This document shows, piece after piece, positions 1 to 7,663 of a DNA stretch of 24,825 bases (the stretch's first letter is position 1; each line of letters starts with the position of its first letter). Below the pieces are notes generated by a model, which was not told the DNA's origin, did no database searches, and worked only from the letters and a program-made list of their open reading frames with translations. This stretch comes from a virus (Duplodnaviria > Caudoviricetes). The DNA lies in IMG/VR virus record IMGVR_UViG_3300020042_004159, positions 1 through 24,825 of that record. One strand, 5' to 3'. Position numbers and translations under genes: made by a program.

Positions 1-199
1 AACGGAAGATGTAGCGTGGCAGGAGTCGCTGACGATCGCCCAGCATATGCTAAACGGCAAGGAGAACGGCTACCGAGGACTCACGGAAGGGGCTACTCAC
101 TATCATGCTTACGACATTGACCCACCCCTGTGGACTAAAGGTCGGGATGTGCGGATGATTGGGCGTATCGGTGACCATATCTTTTACAGGTGGCAATGA
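1..199 (+). CDS. Cell wall hydrolase (SleB / Hydrolase_2 family), C-terminal fragment truncated by the window edge
   Basis: Frame from nt 2 reads TEDVAWQESLTIAQHMLNGKENGYRGLTEGATHYHAYDIDPPLWTKGRDVRMIGRIGDHIFYRWQ* (TGA 197-199). GATHYHA..P.W and IG.HIFY are the C-terminal signature of SleB-like lytic transglycosylases. Not in the ORF track. Confidence 0.85.
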   Translation, partial: TEDVAWQESLTIAQHMLNGKENGYRGLTEGATHYHAYDIDPPLWTKGRDVRMIGRIGDHIFYRWQ

Positions 200-685
200 G
201 TGAAGAGGAAAGTCAAGTACCAAAAGAGAGGGCTGTTAACATACAGCCATTTCCACGAGATGTTTGCCGACCCCGTTAAGCCGTTGTCGCAGGACAAGCG
301 GGTAGGCTACTTGATTAAGATATACGAGGGTTTAGACGCGTTAGACAACATGATGCACCCGGAAGACCACCACTGGCAGAACGTAGCGGATGCAGTGAAT
401 ATGCTGACAACATTGGTTACCGATATGGCGGTAATGGAAGACCCTACCGGTGTGATACGGGATGCAACCAAGACGCTGCATGGCGCATGGAAACGAGAGC
501 AGTCACTTGGGTATAACACGCTGGATGAGCTTGAGGTTGAGGCACTACGCACAGCCGTGGCGGAGTATGCTGCGGTGATTGAGACATTGCCGGAACGCGC
601 GATGGTGCGGTGCCACAGGCTGACGGAGAAAAGGATGCAGGAGATATTAAACGGCAAACGCCGTGAAGGGGATTTAGTTATATGA
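200..685 (+). CDS. Hypothetical phage protein (161 aa)
   Basis: GTG start abuts the upstream stop; co-oriented with the operon; no motif recognised. Confidence 0.7.
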   Translation: MKRKVKYQKRGLLTYSHFHEMFADPVKPLSQDKRVGYLIKIYEGLDALDNMMHPEDHHWQNVADAVNMLTTLVTDMAVMEDPTGVIRDATKTLHGAWKREQSLGYNTLDELEVEALRTAVAEYAAVIETLPERAMVRCHRLTEKRMQEILNGKRREGDLVI

Positions 686-704
686 CAATTGGGGAAGAGA
701 CAGA

Positions 705-1247
705 ATGTTGATAGCAGACACACCGTACCAGCAGGTCTTGATTAGGAATGAGTTCTTTTACAATGAGCAGCAAGGACATGGCGAGTACACGAAGGCTGTT
801 GTTTTTGGTTGTCGTGCAGAGCCAGCAAGGGCACCTATGTTTCAGGTTATGACAGAACACGGCGCACAATGGGCTAGAGTACCTATACATATGATTGTAA
901 CTAAACCCTGCGAGACATTGCCAGTAAGTGTCGTGAGCTGGTGGGATAATTATGGTTACAGTTTTGCGGTGCTTGAGTTTGTATTTTTACGGGGGTTCAG
1001 CTGTACAGCACTGGGGCGGGACAAGATAATCAGGAAAGGTAATTATCTGTTCACGATTGACTGGATGATTGACGGTTACAGCGAGACGCCAGATCAACAT
1101 AAATGCCACCACGTAATTGCATTAGAAACCGGGCAGTGGATTGCCTACCCAAATAACAGGTTAGTATGGAACGATGAGAGTTGGATTAAACCTAACCCGC
1201 AGAAAGAATGGCGGTGTCCGACAAAAGTATATTCAGCAGAATCATAG
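705..1247 (+). CDS. Hypothetical phage protein (180 aa, Trp/His/Cys-rich, HKCHH motif)
   Basis: ATG preceded by GGGGAAGAG. The C-terminal YLFTIDW...QHKCHHVI.LETGQ..AYPNNRL.W pattern resembles a recurrent uncharacterised phage family (recollection, not searched). Confidence 0.75.
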   Translation: MLIADTPYQQVLIRNEFFYNEQQGHGEYTKAVVFGCRAEPARAPMFQVMTEHGAQWARVPIHMIVTKPCETLPVSVVSWWDNYGYSFAVLEFVFLRGFSCTALGRDKIIRKGNYLFTIDWMIDGYSETPDQHKCHHVIALETGQWIAYPNNRLVWNDESWIKPNPQKEWRCPTKVYSAES

Positions 1248-1310
1248 CAGAGTTTAAACGGGTTAACTTTGGCTCCCGCTAAAAGCTGAAACTATTGGAG
1301 ATAAAACCCA
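1248..1310 (+). promoter_or_regulatory. Structured leader: H-type pseudoknot with an alternative SD-sequestering fold
   Basis: Pseudoknot: CGGG 1259-62/CCCG 1275-78 and TTTGGCT 1268-74/AGCTGAA 1284-90. Alternative fold: CTCC 1273-76/GGAG 1297-1300 and GGGTT 1260-64/AACCC 1305-09. Confidence 0.4.
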
Positions 1311-1451
1311 ATGAAGGAAATAATTGAAGAAAGTATTGTAGTGTTGACTACAAAAATTACCGCTGATACTACGGCTGTTGATGCCCTACATTATACGCAA
1401 GCAATTTTAAACTTGGCTAATGCAGCGTTAACAATTGAAAGTATAAGGTAG
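1311..1451 (+). CDS. Small hypothetical protein (46 aa) MKEIIEESIVVLTTKITADTTAVDALHYTQAILNLANAALTIESIR
   Basis: GGAG SD at 1297-1300, ATG 1311, TAG 1449-1451. Fills the gap between ORFs and is below the ORF-track cutoff. Confidence 0.7.
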   Translation: MKEIIEESIVVLTTKITADTTAVDALHYTQAILNLANAALTIESIR

Positions 1452-1458
1452 TAAAGAA

Positions 1459-1490
1459 TTCCCGCTGTATTCACTTGAGTACAGCGGGAA
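1459..1490. terminator. Strong 14-bp hairpin, terminator-like
   Basis: TTCCCGCTGTATTC-ACTT-GAGTACAGCGGGAA with one G-U pair. Followed by ACTTATA on + and TTCTTTAC on -, so the better U-tail is on the - strand. Confidence 0.6.
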
Positions 1491-1515
1491 ACTTATAACA
1501 ACTAGAGGAGAGAAC

Positions 1516-1848
1516 ATGAGCATAAGAGATTTAACACCGTCGCACATACCCGCGGATGCGGAGAGGGAGTCTGGGTACATGTACTACAAGGTGATTAAGA
1601 AGGGCAGTCGTGTGATACCGTTGGTTTGGCTTAATGGGGAGTGGAAGAGGTCTACGACCAAACTAAGTGACGCTAATAGGATGGCGTTAATCAGACCATA
1701 TACTGAGGAAGAAGGAGAAATAAGTGACAAAAATAACATGGTCTTACAGCAGTCTAAAAACGTTCGAGCAGTGTCCAAAAAAATATTACCACCTAAAGGT
1801 TCTCCAAGACGTAAAAGACACAGGCAGTCAAGCGACCCGGTACGGTAA
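1516..1848 (+). CDS. Hypothetical protein (110 aa; last ~41 codons overlap the nuclease gene)
   Basis: Strong SD AGAGGAG before ATG 1516; the C-terminal extent is uncertain. Confidence 0.55.
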   Translation: MSIRDLTPSHIPADAERESGYMYYKVIKKGSRVIPLVWLNGEWKRSTTKLSDANRMALIRPYTEEEGEISDKNNMVLQQSKNVRAVSKKILPPKGSPRRKRHRQSSDPVR

Positions 1849-2392
1849 TGAGGTACATAAGGCAGCGGAGAAGTACATAAAGACAGGGACTCCCCTGCCG
1901 CCGAAGTTTAGTTTTGTACAAGATGTGCTAGACGTATTGAAGGACATACCGGGGGAGAAGCACTGTGAGGTAAGGCTGGGTATCAAGCGAACCGATAAGG
2001 GGTATGAGCCGTGTACGTTCTTTGCACCGGATGTGTGGTGGAGAGGTATAGGAGACTTAGTGATTGTTAATGGGAGTCTTGGGTTCTCTGTGGACTACAA
2101 GACAAGCAAGAACGCCAAGTATGCAGATACAAAACAGTTGGACATTCTGGCAGCTGCATTGTTTGTGCATTACCCAGAGCTGGAGAAGATTAAATCAGGA
2201 TTAGTTTTTGTAGTCAGTAATGAGTTTATTAGGAAAGATCACCACGCAGATCAGCGGGATGAATATTTTGAATCTTTCGACCCACTGCTTGACAGATTAG
2301 AAGGAGCGTATGACACTGGTGTGTGGAACGCAAGCACAAGCCCCTTATGTGGGTACTGTCCAGTAACAAGTTGTGAACACAATAGGAGATGA
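1724..2392 (+). CDS. PD-(D/E)XK nuclease, Cas4/RecB(AddB)-like exonuclease with a four-Cys cluster
   Basis: WSYSSLKTFEQCP at the N-terminus, RGIGDLV and VDYKT catalytic motifs, QLD motif, C-terminal CGYCPVTSC. AAGGAG SD before GTG. Confidence 0.88.
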   Translation: MTKITWSYSSLKTFEQCPKKYYHLKVLQDVKDTGSQATRYGNEVHKAAEKYIKTGTPLPPKFSFVQDVLDVLKDIPGEKHCEVRLGIKRTDKGYEPCTFFAPDVWWRGIGDLVIVNGSLGFSVDYKTSKNAKYADTKQLDILAAALFVHYPELEKIKSGLVFVVSNEFIRKDHHADQRDEYFESFDPLLDRLEGAYDTGVWNASTSPLCGYCPVTSCEHNRR

Positions 2393-2396
2393 TGTT

Positions 2397-2663
2397 ATGC
2401 CATACGTAAACAAACCAAGACCGTACAAGAAAGAATACGCGGAGTATCAGGGTACGGAAGAACAGAAGAAGAACCGTGCCAAACGCAACGCTGCACGTAG
2501 GAAGCTGGCGGCGAACGGTACAGTACATAAAGGTGACGGTAAAGATGTTGACCACACTAAGCCAATATCTAAGGGCGGCACAAACGACGGGAGTAACCTG
2601 CGTGTAAAGAGCAAGAAAACCAACCGTGGATTCAAACGTAACGCGGATGGGTCAGTGAAGTAA
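2397..2663 (+). CDS. Small HNH-type endonuclease-like protein
   Basis: GDGKDVDHTKPISKGGTN..SNLRV.S...NR beta-beta-alpha-Me pattern. AGGAG at 2384-88 favours ATG 2397 over GTG 2373. Confidence 0.8.
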   Translation: MPYVNKPRPYKKEYAEYQGTEEQKKNRAKRNAARRKLAANGTVHKGDGKDVDHTKPISKGGTNDGSNLRVKSKKTNRGFKRNADGSVK

Positions 2664-2688
2664 AACATAAACAACAAAGGAGGAGCAG

Positions 2689-3831
2689 ATGAGCAAGCTG
2701 TACAACTATATTGTTTCGTTTTTCCGGTATTTTTTTTCGAAGGGGGAGTATGTATTTAAACCTAAGAAAAAATATCGTGATCGAATACAAACACTCTGGC
2801 CGTCTATAGTGGAACGCGTTGAACTATGGGAAGAATGTTATCGGGACACAACATGTGGAACAAAAATGTGCAGTTGGTACAACACAACCCCAGAAGAATT
2901 AAGAAAAACTATTCTTGAGTCCATACCGATTCACGGGGCGTATGCTTATACAGACGAAGCAATGGTAAGCGATAAAGTAGCGGAACAAGCTAGGATACCA
3001 TTTAGCAACTTAAAAGGGTTATCCATGTCTTGTGTACATTTTGCTGTGGATATGGATGGCACGAATAAGACTGATAACTCACTACTCAACGAGTATGGCA
3101 TATTGGTTTTTACAGCTAATCCAACGGACACCCTACCTAAAGGCTGGTTTGCTATGGACGAAGGTATGCTATACAACGTAAAACTTAGTCATTGGGCAAG
3201 GGGCGCGGGTCATTACATGACTGATACTGTAGTGGTGCTTACACCAGATAAAAGAGTACGCAATCTTTGGAGATACACGCAAACAGCACGCCAAATTAAA
3301 TGCAAAAAGGGGGCGGGGTATGTCTCTATCCCGCGAGTTGGGTGGGAGCCTATGCTTCCAGATGTCAATCTAGTAAAGCATTTAGCGTTCTATTTATCCC
3401 TGTCTTTTGAAAGAAACGCGCATTGGGCTTGTACGGTACGTAGTGCAGGTGTGCCGCCGTTAGCTTTCCCTGTACTTGACCATGATATAGCTAGAGTTTT
3501 CCCTAAACGACAGAGAGACGGCGATGGGAAAATAGTACATTGGGCACGAACACATATCAGAAAAACCAAACAAGGTTTAACTTCTGTCAAAGCCCATATA
3601 CGTGGCAACACATCTTGGGATATTGGCGGTAGGAGGGTAATGATCACTATGCCGGGGAAACACCACGATTTGCTAACAGAAATGAGCTCTGTTACGCGTA
3701 GTTCTGACAAGTTTAAAGTAGTACAAGACCCTATTACTGGGATTAACATACACGTCGCTACAGATAAGGTTATGAATGAAGGATTAAGTAGCGCCGTTAT
3801 AACAGAACAAAGAGTAGAGATGCGAATCTAA
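2689..3831 (+). CDS. Hypothetical accessory protein (380 aa) with a C-terminal HWARTHIR...VKAHIRG motif
   Basis: Long ORF with strong SD (AGGAGGAG); stop overlaps the next start (TAATG). Confidence 0.8.
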   Translation: MSKLYNYIVSFFRYFFSKGEYVFKPKKKYRDRIQTLWPSIVERVELWEECYRDTTCGTKMCSWYNTTPEELRKTILESIPIHGAYAYTDEAMVSDKVAEQARIPFSNLKGLSMSCVHFAVDMDGTNKTDNSLLNEYGILVFTANPTDTLPKGWFAMDEGMLYNVKLSHWARGAGHYMTDTVVVLTPDKRVRNLWRYTQTARQIKCKKGAGYVSIPRVGWEPMLPDVNLVKHLAFYLSLSFERNAHWACTVRSAGVPPLAFPVLDHDIARVFPKRQRDGDGKIVHWARTHIRKTKQGLTSVKAHIRGNTSWDIGGRRVMITMPGKHHDLLTEMSSVTRSSDKFKVVQDPITGINIHVATDKVMNEGLSSAVITEQRVEMRI

Positions 3832-4250
3832 TGAAAAAACTAAAACCTTTAATGAGTAGTGAGTCAACTGAATGGGAAACCCCGGATGATTTCTTTACCG
3901 AGATGAACACCCTGTACGGGGCTTTTACTACCGACGTATGCGCTACACCAGAAAATGCTAAGTGCCCAGTGTATTACACAAAAGACACAAACGGGTTAAC
4001 GCAGTCATGGTCTGGCATATGCTGGATGAATCCACCTTACGGTAGAGAGATTAAAGGTTGGATGAAGAAAGCCTACAACGAAAGTCTGCGGGGTGTACGT
4101 GTTGTATGTCTCGTACCTGCCAGAACGGATACGGTATGGTGGCACGACTACGCAATCAAAGGGCAGATAACGTTCATTAAGGGCAGGTTAAAATTTAAAG
4201 GGGCGAAACATAGCGCCCCCTTTCCATCGGCTGTTGTGGTGTTTAATTAA
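3831..4250 (+). CDS. dam: Phage N6-adenine DNA methyltransferase (phage Dam family)
   Basis: EWETP..FF, DVCA..ENAKC, NGL.Q.W, catalytic WMNPPY, LVPARTDT.WW, GRLKF and APFPS motifs. Confidence 0.92.
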   Translation: MKKLKPLMSSESTEWETPDDFFTEMNTLYGAFTTDVCATPENAKCPVYYTKDTNGLTQSWSGICWMNPPYGREIKGWMKKAYNESLRGVRVVCLVPARTDTVWWHDYAIKGQITFIKGRLKFKGAKHSAPFPSAVVVFN

Positions 4251-5809
4251 TGGAAATAATAGATAACAAAGTTCTGATGCTACGTACACGGCAGCCAGAG
4301 ACGTTAACAAAGCTGATACCCAAGAGCAAGATTATAAGTCAGGAAGACGACGTGTACCGTGTCGCTGTCAACTGGGGCTTAGAAGAGACGCAAGTACTTG
4401 CTAAGTTACGGGTGAAGGATGTCCCATCTACACTGAAGCGGGACTACCAGTGGACAGGCAGACTCAAACCGTTTGCCCACCAGAAAGATACCTCTGCGTT
4501 CCTGACGCTACATAATAAGGCGTTCTGTTTTAACGAGCAGGGTACAGGCAAAACCGCCAGCGTAATATGGGCAGCGGATTACCTAATGAAGATCGGGAAG
4601 ATAAAACGTGTGCTGGTGATATGCCCACTGTCTATTATGAAGGCGGCATGGCAGCAAGACCTGTTCAAGTTTGCTATGCACCGGAGTGTTGGTATTGCGT
4701 ATGGCGCATCTAAGGCTAGGGTTAAAGTCATAGAGTCCGGGGTTGAGTTCGTCATCATCAACTTTGACGGGGTGGGTATAGTAAAAGAAGCGATTATGCA
4801 GGGTGGGTTTGATTTAATCGTAGTTGACGAGGCGTCGGCATACAAGAACGTCGCTACCCAAAGATGGAAAACACTGCGGGATATATCTGCCAAGACAAAG
4901 TGGCTGTGGATGTTGACTGGTACGCCAGCAGCGCAGTCGCCCCTTGATGCCTACGGGCTGGCTAAGTTGGTTAACCCGGACAACACACCTAAATACTTCG
5001 GGGTCTTCAGGGACTCTATGATGTATAAAATATCCCAGTTTAAGTGGATACCCAAACCACTGGCACAGGAACGGGTGCATAACCTGCTCCAGCCAGCAAT
5101 ACGGTTTGAGCGTGACCAATGCCTAGACTTACCAGAGGTAACTTTCGTTGAGCGTGAAGCCCCACTAACAGCCCAGCAGAAAGCCATATACAAGAAGCTA
5201 AAGCAGGACATGTATGTTGAGGCAGCAGGGGAAGATATATCCGCTGTTAACGCTGCGGTACGAATAAACAAGCTGTTGCAGGTGTCATGTGGTGCGATCT
5301 ACACGGATACAGGAGAGATTGTAGATCTCGACGTGGGCAACAGGCTGAGTGCCGTGCTTGAGGTGATCGAGGAGTCCTCGCACAAGGTGCTTGTCTTCGT
5401 GCCGTTCACCCACACTATAGACCTGCTGAAAAATTACCTAGATAAAAATAAAGTACCCTGTGATGTTATAAACGGGAAGGTATCCGTGAACAGACGTAGC
5501 GATATAGTAAAGAGATTTCAGGAGCAACCTGACCCCCATGTGTTAATCATACAACCACAAGCAGCATCGCATGGGCTTACCTTAACGGCGGCGAATACTA
5601 TTATCTGGTATGCCCCGGTCACGAGTGTAGAAACGTACTTACAAGCTAACGCCCGCATCAATCGTCCCGGACAGAAGAACGCCATGACCATTGTGCATAT
5701 AAAGGGTAGTGAGGTAGAGGCACGTTTATACAACATGTTGCAAAATAACATAACAAATCATTCAAAAATAATTGACCTATATCGACAAGAGATTATGGAA
5801 AGTATTTGA
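4250..5809 (+). CDS. SNF2-family (SF2) DNA helicase/translocase
   Basis: EQGTGKT Walker A, VVDEAS Walker B, LTGTP motif III, HGLTLT and QANARINRPGQ motifs V/VI. Confidence 0.93.
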   Translation: MEIIDNKVLMLRTRQPETLTKLIPKSKIISQEDDVYRVAVNWGLEETQVLAKLRVKDVPSTLKRDYQWTGRLKPFAHQKDTSAFLTLHNKAFCFNEQGTGKTASVIWAADYLMKIGKIKRVLVICPLSIMKAAWQQDLFKFAMHRSVGIAYGASKARVKVIESGVEFVIINFDGVGIVKEAIMQGGFDLIVVDEASAYKNVATQRWKTLRDISAKTKWLWMLTGTPAAQSPLDAYGLAKLVNPDNTPKYFGVFRDSMMYKISQFKWIPKPLAQERVHNLLQPAIRFERDQCLDLPEVTFVEREAPLTAQQKAIYKKLKQDMYVEAAGEDISAVNAAVRINKLLQVSCGAIYTDTGEIVDLDVGNRLSAVLEVIEESSHKVLVFVPFTHTIDLLKNYLDKNKVPCDVINGKVSVNRRSDIVKRFQEQPDPHVLIIQPQAASHGLTLTAANTIIWYAPVTSVETYLQANARINRPGQKNAMTIVHIKGSEVEARLYNMLQNNITNHSKIIDLYRQEIMESI

Positions 5810-5833
5810 CATTGTATTTTAACGTAGTAATAT
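5806..5833 (+). promoter_or_regulatory. Sigma70-like promoter for the replication sub-operon
   Basis: Perfect TTGACA 5806-11 overlapping the helicase TGA, 16-nt spacer, TAATAT 5828-33, ~30 nt before ATG 5862. Confidence 0.55.
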
Positions 5834-5861
5834 TAGTACCCCCACAACCAAGGAGCAAACT

Positions 5862-6296
5862 ATGGAGCAGCTACAATTAGACTTAGGTGAGCCAGAAGGC
5901 AGCCCTAATCTGGATGCCCTCACCGCCATGTACATCAAGATACGCGACGTGGTGAGAGACAAAGAAGAGAAGCACGCGGAAGATATGCAGGAGTTGAAGG
6001 AACATCTTGATGCTGTCAGCGCACGTTTGTTAGAGGTATGCAACGAGCAGAACGCAGACAGTATACGTACGTCTTCCGGTACGATCTCACGCCGTATCCA
6101 GTCAAGGTATTGGACAACGGACTGGGAATCTATGTATGCCTTTATTGAGGAACATGCAGCACCGTTCCTGCTGGAGAAGCGTATACATAACGGCAACATG
6201 AAGGAGTTTCTTGAAGGTAACCCAGACGTGCTACCAATCGGGCTTCAAGCGGAGCGAAAATTTATAATCCAAGTACGTAAACCCAACGCCAAATAA
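5862..6296 (+). CDS. Conserved-type phage replication-module protein (144 aa, N-terminal coiled coil)
   Basis: AAGGAG SD; YIKIRD...SIRT..GT...TTDWE.MY.FI...LLEKRI pattern; lies between the helicase and the SSB-like gene. Confidence 0.8.
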   Translation: MEQLQLDLGEPEGSPNLDALTAMYIKIRDVVRDKEEKHAEDMQELKEHLDAVSARLLEVCNEQNADSIRTSSGTISRRIQSRYWTTDWESMYAFIEEHAAPFLLEKRIHNGNMKEFLEGNPDVLPIGLQAERKFIIQVRKPNAK

Positions 6297-6307
6297 GGAG
6301 GCAAACA

Positions 6308-6454
6308 ATGAGCGACTTTTGGATGCAAGCAAATGAGTATGAGCAACAGGAATATGAAGAATGGCTCGATGAGCAAGCCATCATTGAAGAAGATCATCCC
6401 AGTGCCGAAAGCATTTTAAATAAACTAGACTATTTGAGGAAAGAAGATGAGTAA
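6308..6454 (+). CDS. Small highly acidic protein (48 aa) MSDFWMQANEYEQQEYEEWLDEQAIIEEDHPSAESILNKLDYLRKEDE
   Basis: TAAGGAGG SD 7 nt before ATG 6308; TAA 6452-54 overlaps the next gene; below the ORF-track cutoff. Confidence 0.75.
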   Translation: MSDFWMQANEYEQQEYEEWLDEQAIIEEDHPSAESILNKLDYLRKEDE

Positions 6455-7358
6455 CTTAACTATATTTAAGCAGCAAGATAAGTCCGTAAGCCACGTACAG
6501 CGTGAGAAGAGCGATTTTGCTAAGTCATTGGCAGCTACCAGCACGACCCGCCGTATACAGGCTAACATCAACGGCACGTTTAAACGGTTGGTAAACGGTG
6601 AGCAGCTTGGTAACGCCATCCGTGGTGAGGTCAACATAATCGTAATCAACGCGCTACCTAAAGTTTCCCGCACGTTCTATGAGCAGAGCTATGACCCGAC
6701 CAAGGAAGCCACCCTGCCTGACTGCTGGTCAAACCAAGGCGATAAACCAGAAGCCGCCGCTTCCAATAGGCAGAGTGACTCTTGTGTATCGTGCCCACAG
6801 AACATCAAAGGTTCCGGGGACAACGGTGGTAGGGCTTGCCGATTCCAGCGCCGTATATCTGTACTGGTTGAAGGTGATACATCTGGGGATATATACCAGT
6901 TTAACGTACCCGCTAAGTCCCTGTTCGGTAAGGGTGAAGGCAACGTCCACCCGTTTGAAAGCTACATCAAGTTCCTTAACGGTAATGGTGAGTCGCTGGA
7001 TAACGTGGTTACCAACGCCAGCTTTGACCTGAACGCCGATACGATGCAGCTAGTGTTTACCCCGTTGCGCAATACCACCGATGCAGAGTACGCGCTAGTG
7101 AAGGAAGCCCAGAAGCGTCCAGAATCTAGATCTTATACTATGCTGACGGTGGCTCAGACTGATGGGGTTAGAGCCCTGCCACCCGCCGCTATTGCTGCAC
7201 CTAAACCTGCGCCAGTAGTAGTTGCCTCTGACGAGCCAGATGATGAAGAGGATGTACCGGCACCCGTAAAACGTCCGGGTAAAAAAGCAGCGGCTCCAAT
7301 AGAGGGCAAGAATATCTTAGCCGACGCCGTAGAAGTATGGGGTAAGGGGGGCAAATGA
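6447..7358 (+). CDS. Putative ssDNA-binding/annealing protein with a Cys4 zinc site
   Basis: PDCWS...CVSCPQN..GS....RACR; Pro/Ala/acidic flexible C-terminal tail; located in the replication module. Function is inferred. Confidence 0.6.
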   Translation: MSNLTIFKQQDKSVSHVQREKSDFAKSLAATSTTRRIQANINGTFKRLVNGEQLGNAIRGEVNIIVINALPKVSRTFYEQSYDPTKEATLPDCWSNQGDKPEAAASNRQSDSCVSCPQNIKGSGDNGGRACRFQRRISVLVEGDTSGDIYQFNVPAKSLFGKGEGNVHPFESYIKFLNGNGESLDNVVTNASFDLNADTMQLVFTPLRNTTDAEYALVKEAQKRPESRSYTMLTVAQTDGVRALPPAAIAAPKPAPVVVASDEPDDEEDVPAPVKRPGKKAAAPIEGKNILADAVEVWGKGGK

Positions 7359-7588
7359 AATACGGATATAGTTTAAGGATAGCAGACCTTAACAAGAAAG
7401 CGGATGGGTCACTGCTGGGTGTCAAGCTAGGTAGGTTATGTATAAAGAACAACGTCCCTGTTGTTGAGGTGTCTACCCTGCTAAAGGTATCTAGGCAGAC
7501 GGTGTACAACTGGTTCACAGCCGACACTTATGTACATAAAGATCTGGCAGACGCTGTGAAGGAGTACGTAGCCGTACTTCAAGGTTAG
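7355..7588 (+). CDS. Small helix-turn-helix DNA-binding protein (Cro/XRE-like)
   Basis: VVEVSTLLKVSRQTVYNWF is a canonical HTH; ATGA overlap with the upstream gene. Confidence 0.82.
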   Translation: MKYGYSLRIADLNKKADGSLLGVKLGRLCIKNNVPVVEVSTLLKVSRQTVYNWFTADTYVHKDLADAVKEYVAVLQG

Positions 7589-7612
7589 TTGTAGGTAATC
7601 TAAACAAGAAAC

Positions 7613-7634
7613 AAGGGGGGATAACTTCCCCCTT
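7613..7634 (+). promoter_or_regulatory. Hairpin in the primase leader (attenuator or weak terminator)
   Basis: AAGGGGGGA-TAAC-TTCCCCCTT forms a 9-bp stem with a poor U-tail; a second C6 tract lies at 7638-43. Confidence 0.45.
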
Positions 7635-7663
7635 TAACCCCCCATCGCTAAAAAGAAGACAAT

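Noticed and set aside
1253-1290. TTTAAAC slippery heptamer followed by a pseudoknot, resembling a -1 frameshift signal
   Set aside because: It lies after the TAG of ORF 705-1247. Even with read-through, the -1 frame stops at TAA 1280-82 and the 0 frame at TGA 1287-89, so there is no useful product.
1724-2392. Cas4-like nuclease as a sign of a CRISPR system
   Set aside because: No repeat-spacer array or other cas genes in the window; solo Cas4-like nucleases are common in phage replication modules.
2730-2746. T8 and G5 homopolymers near the start of the 380-aa gene as a phase-variation site
   Set aside because: The tracts are short and the ORF is intact; the nearby out-of-frame ATG at 2750 opens only 19 codons.
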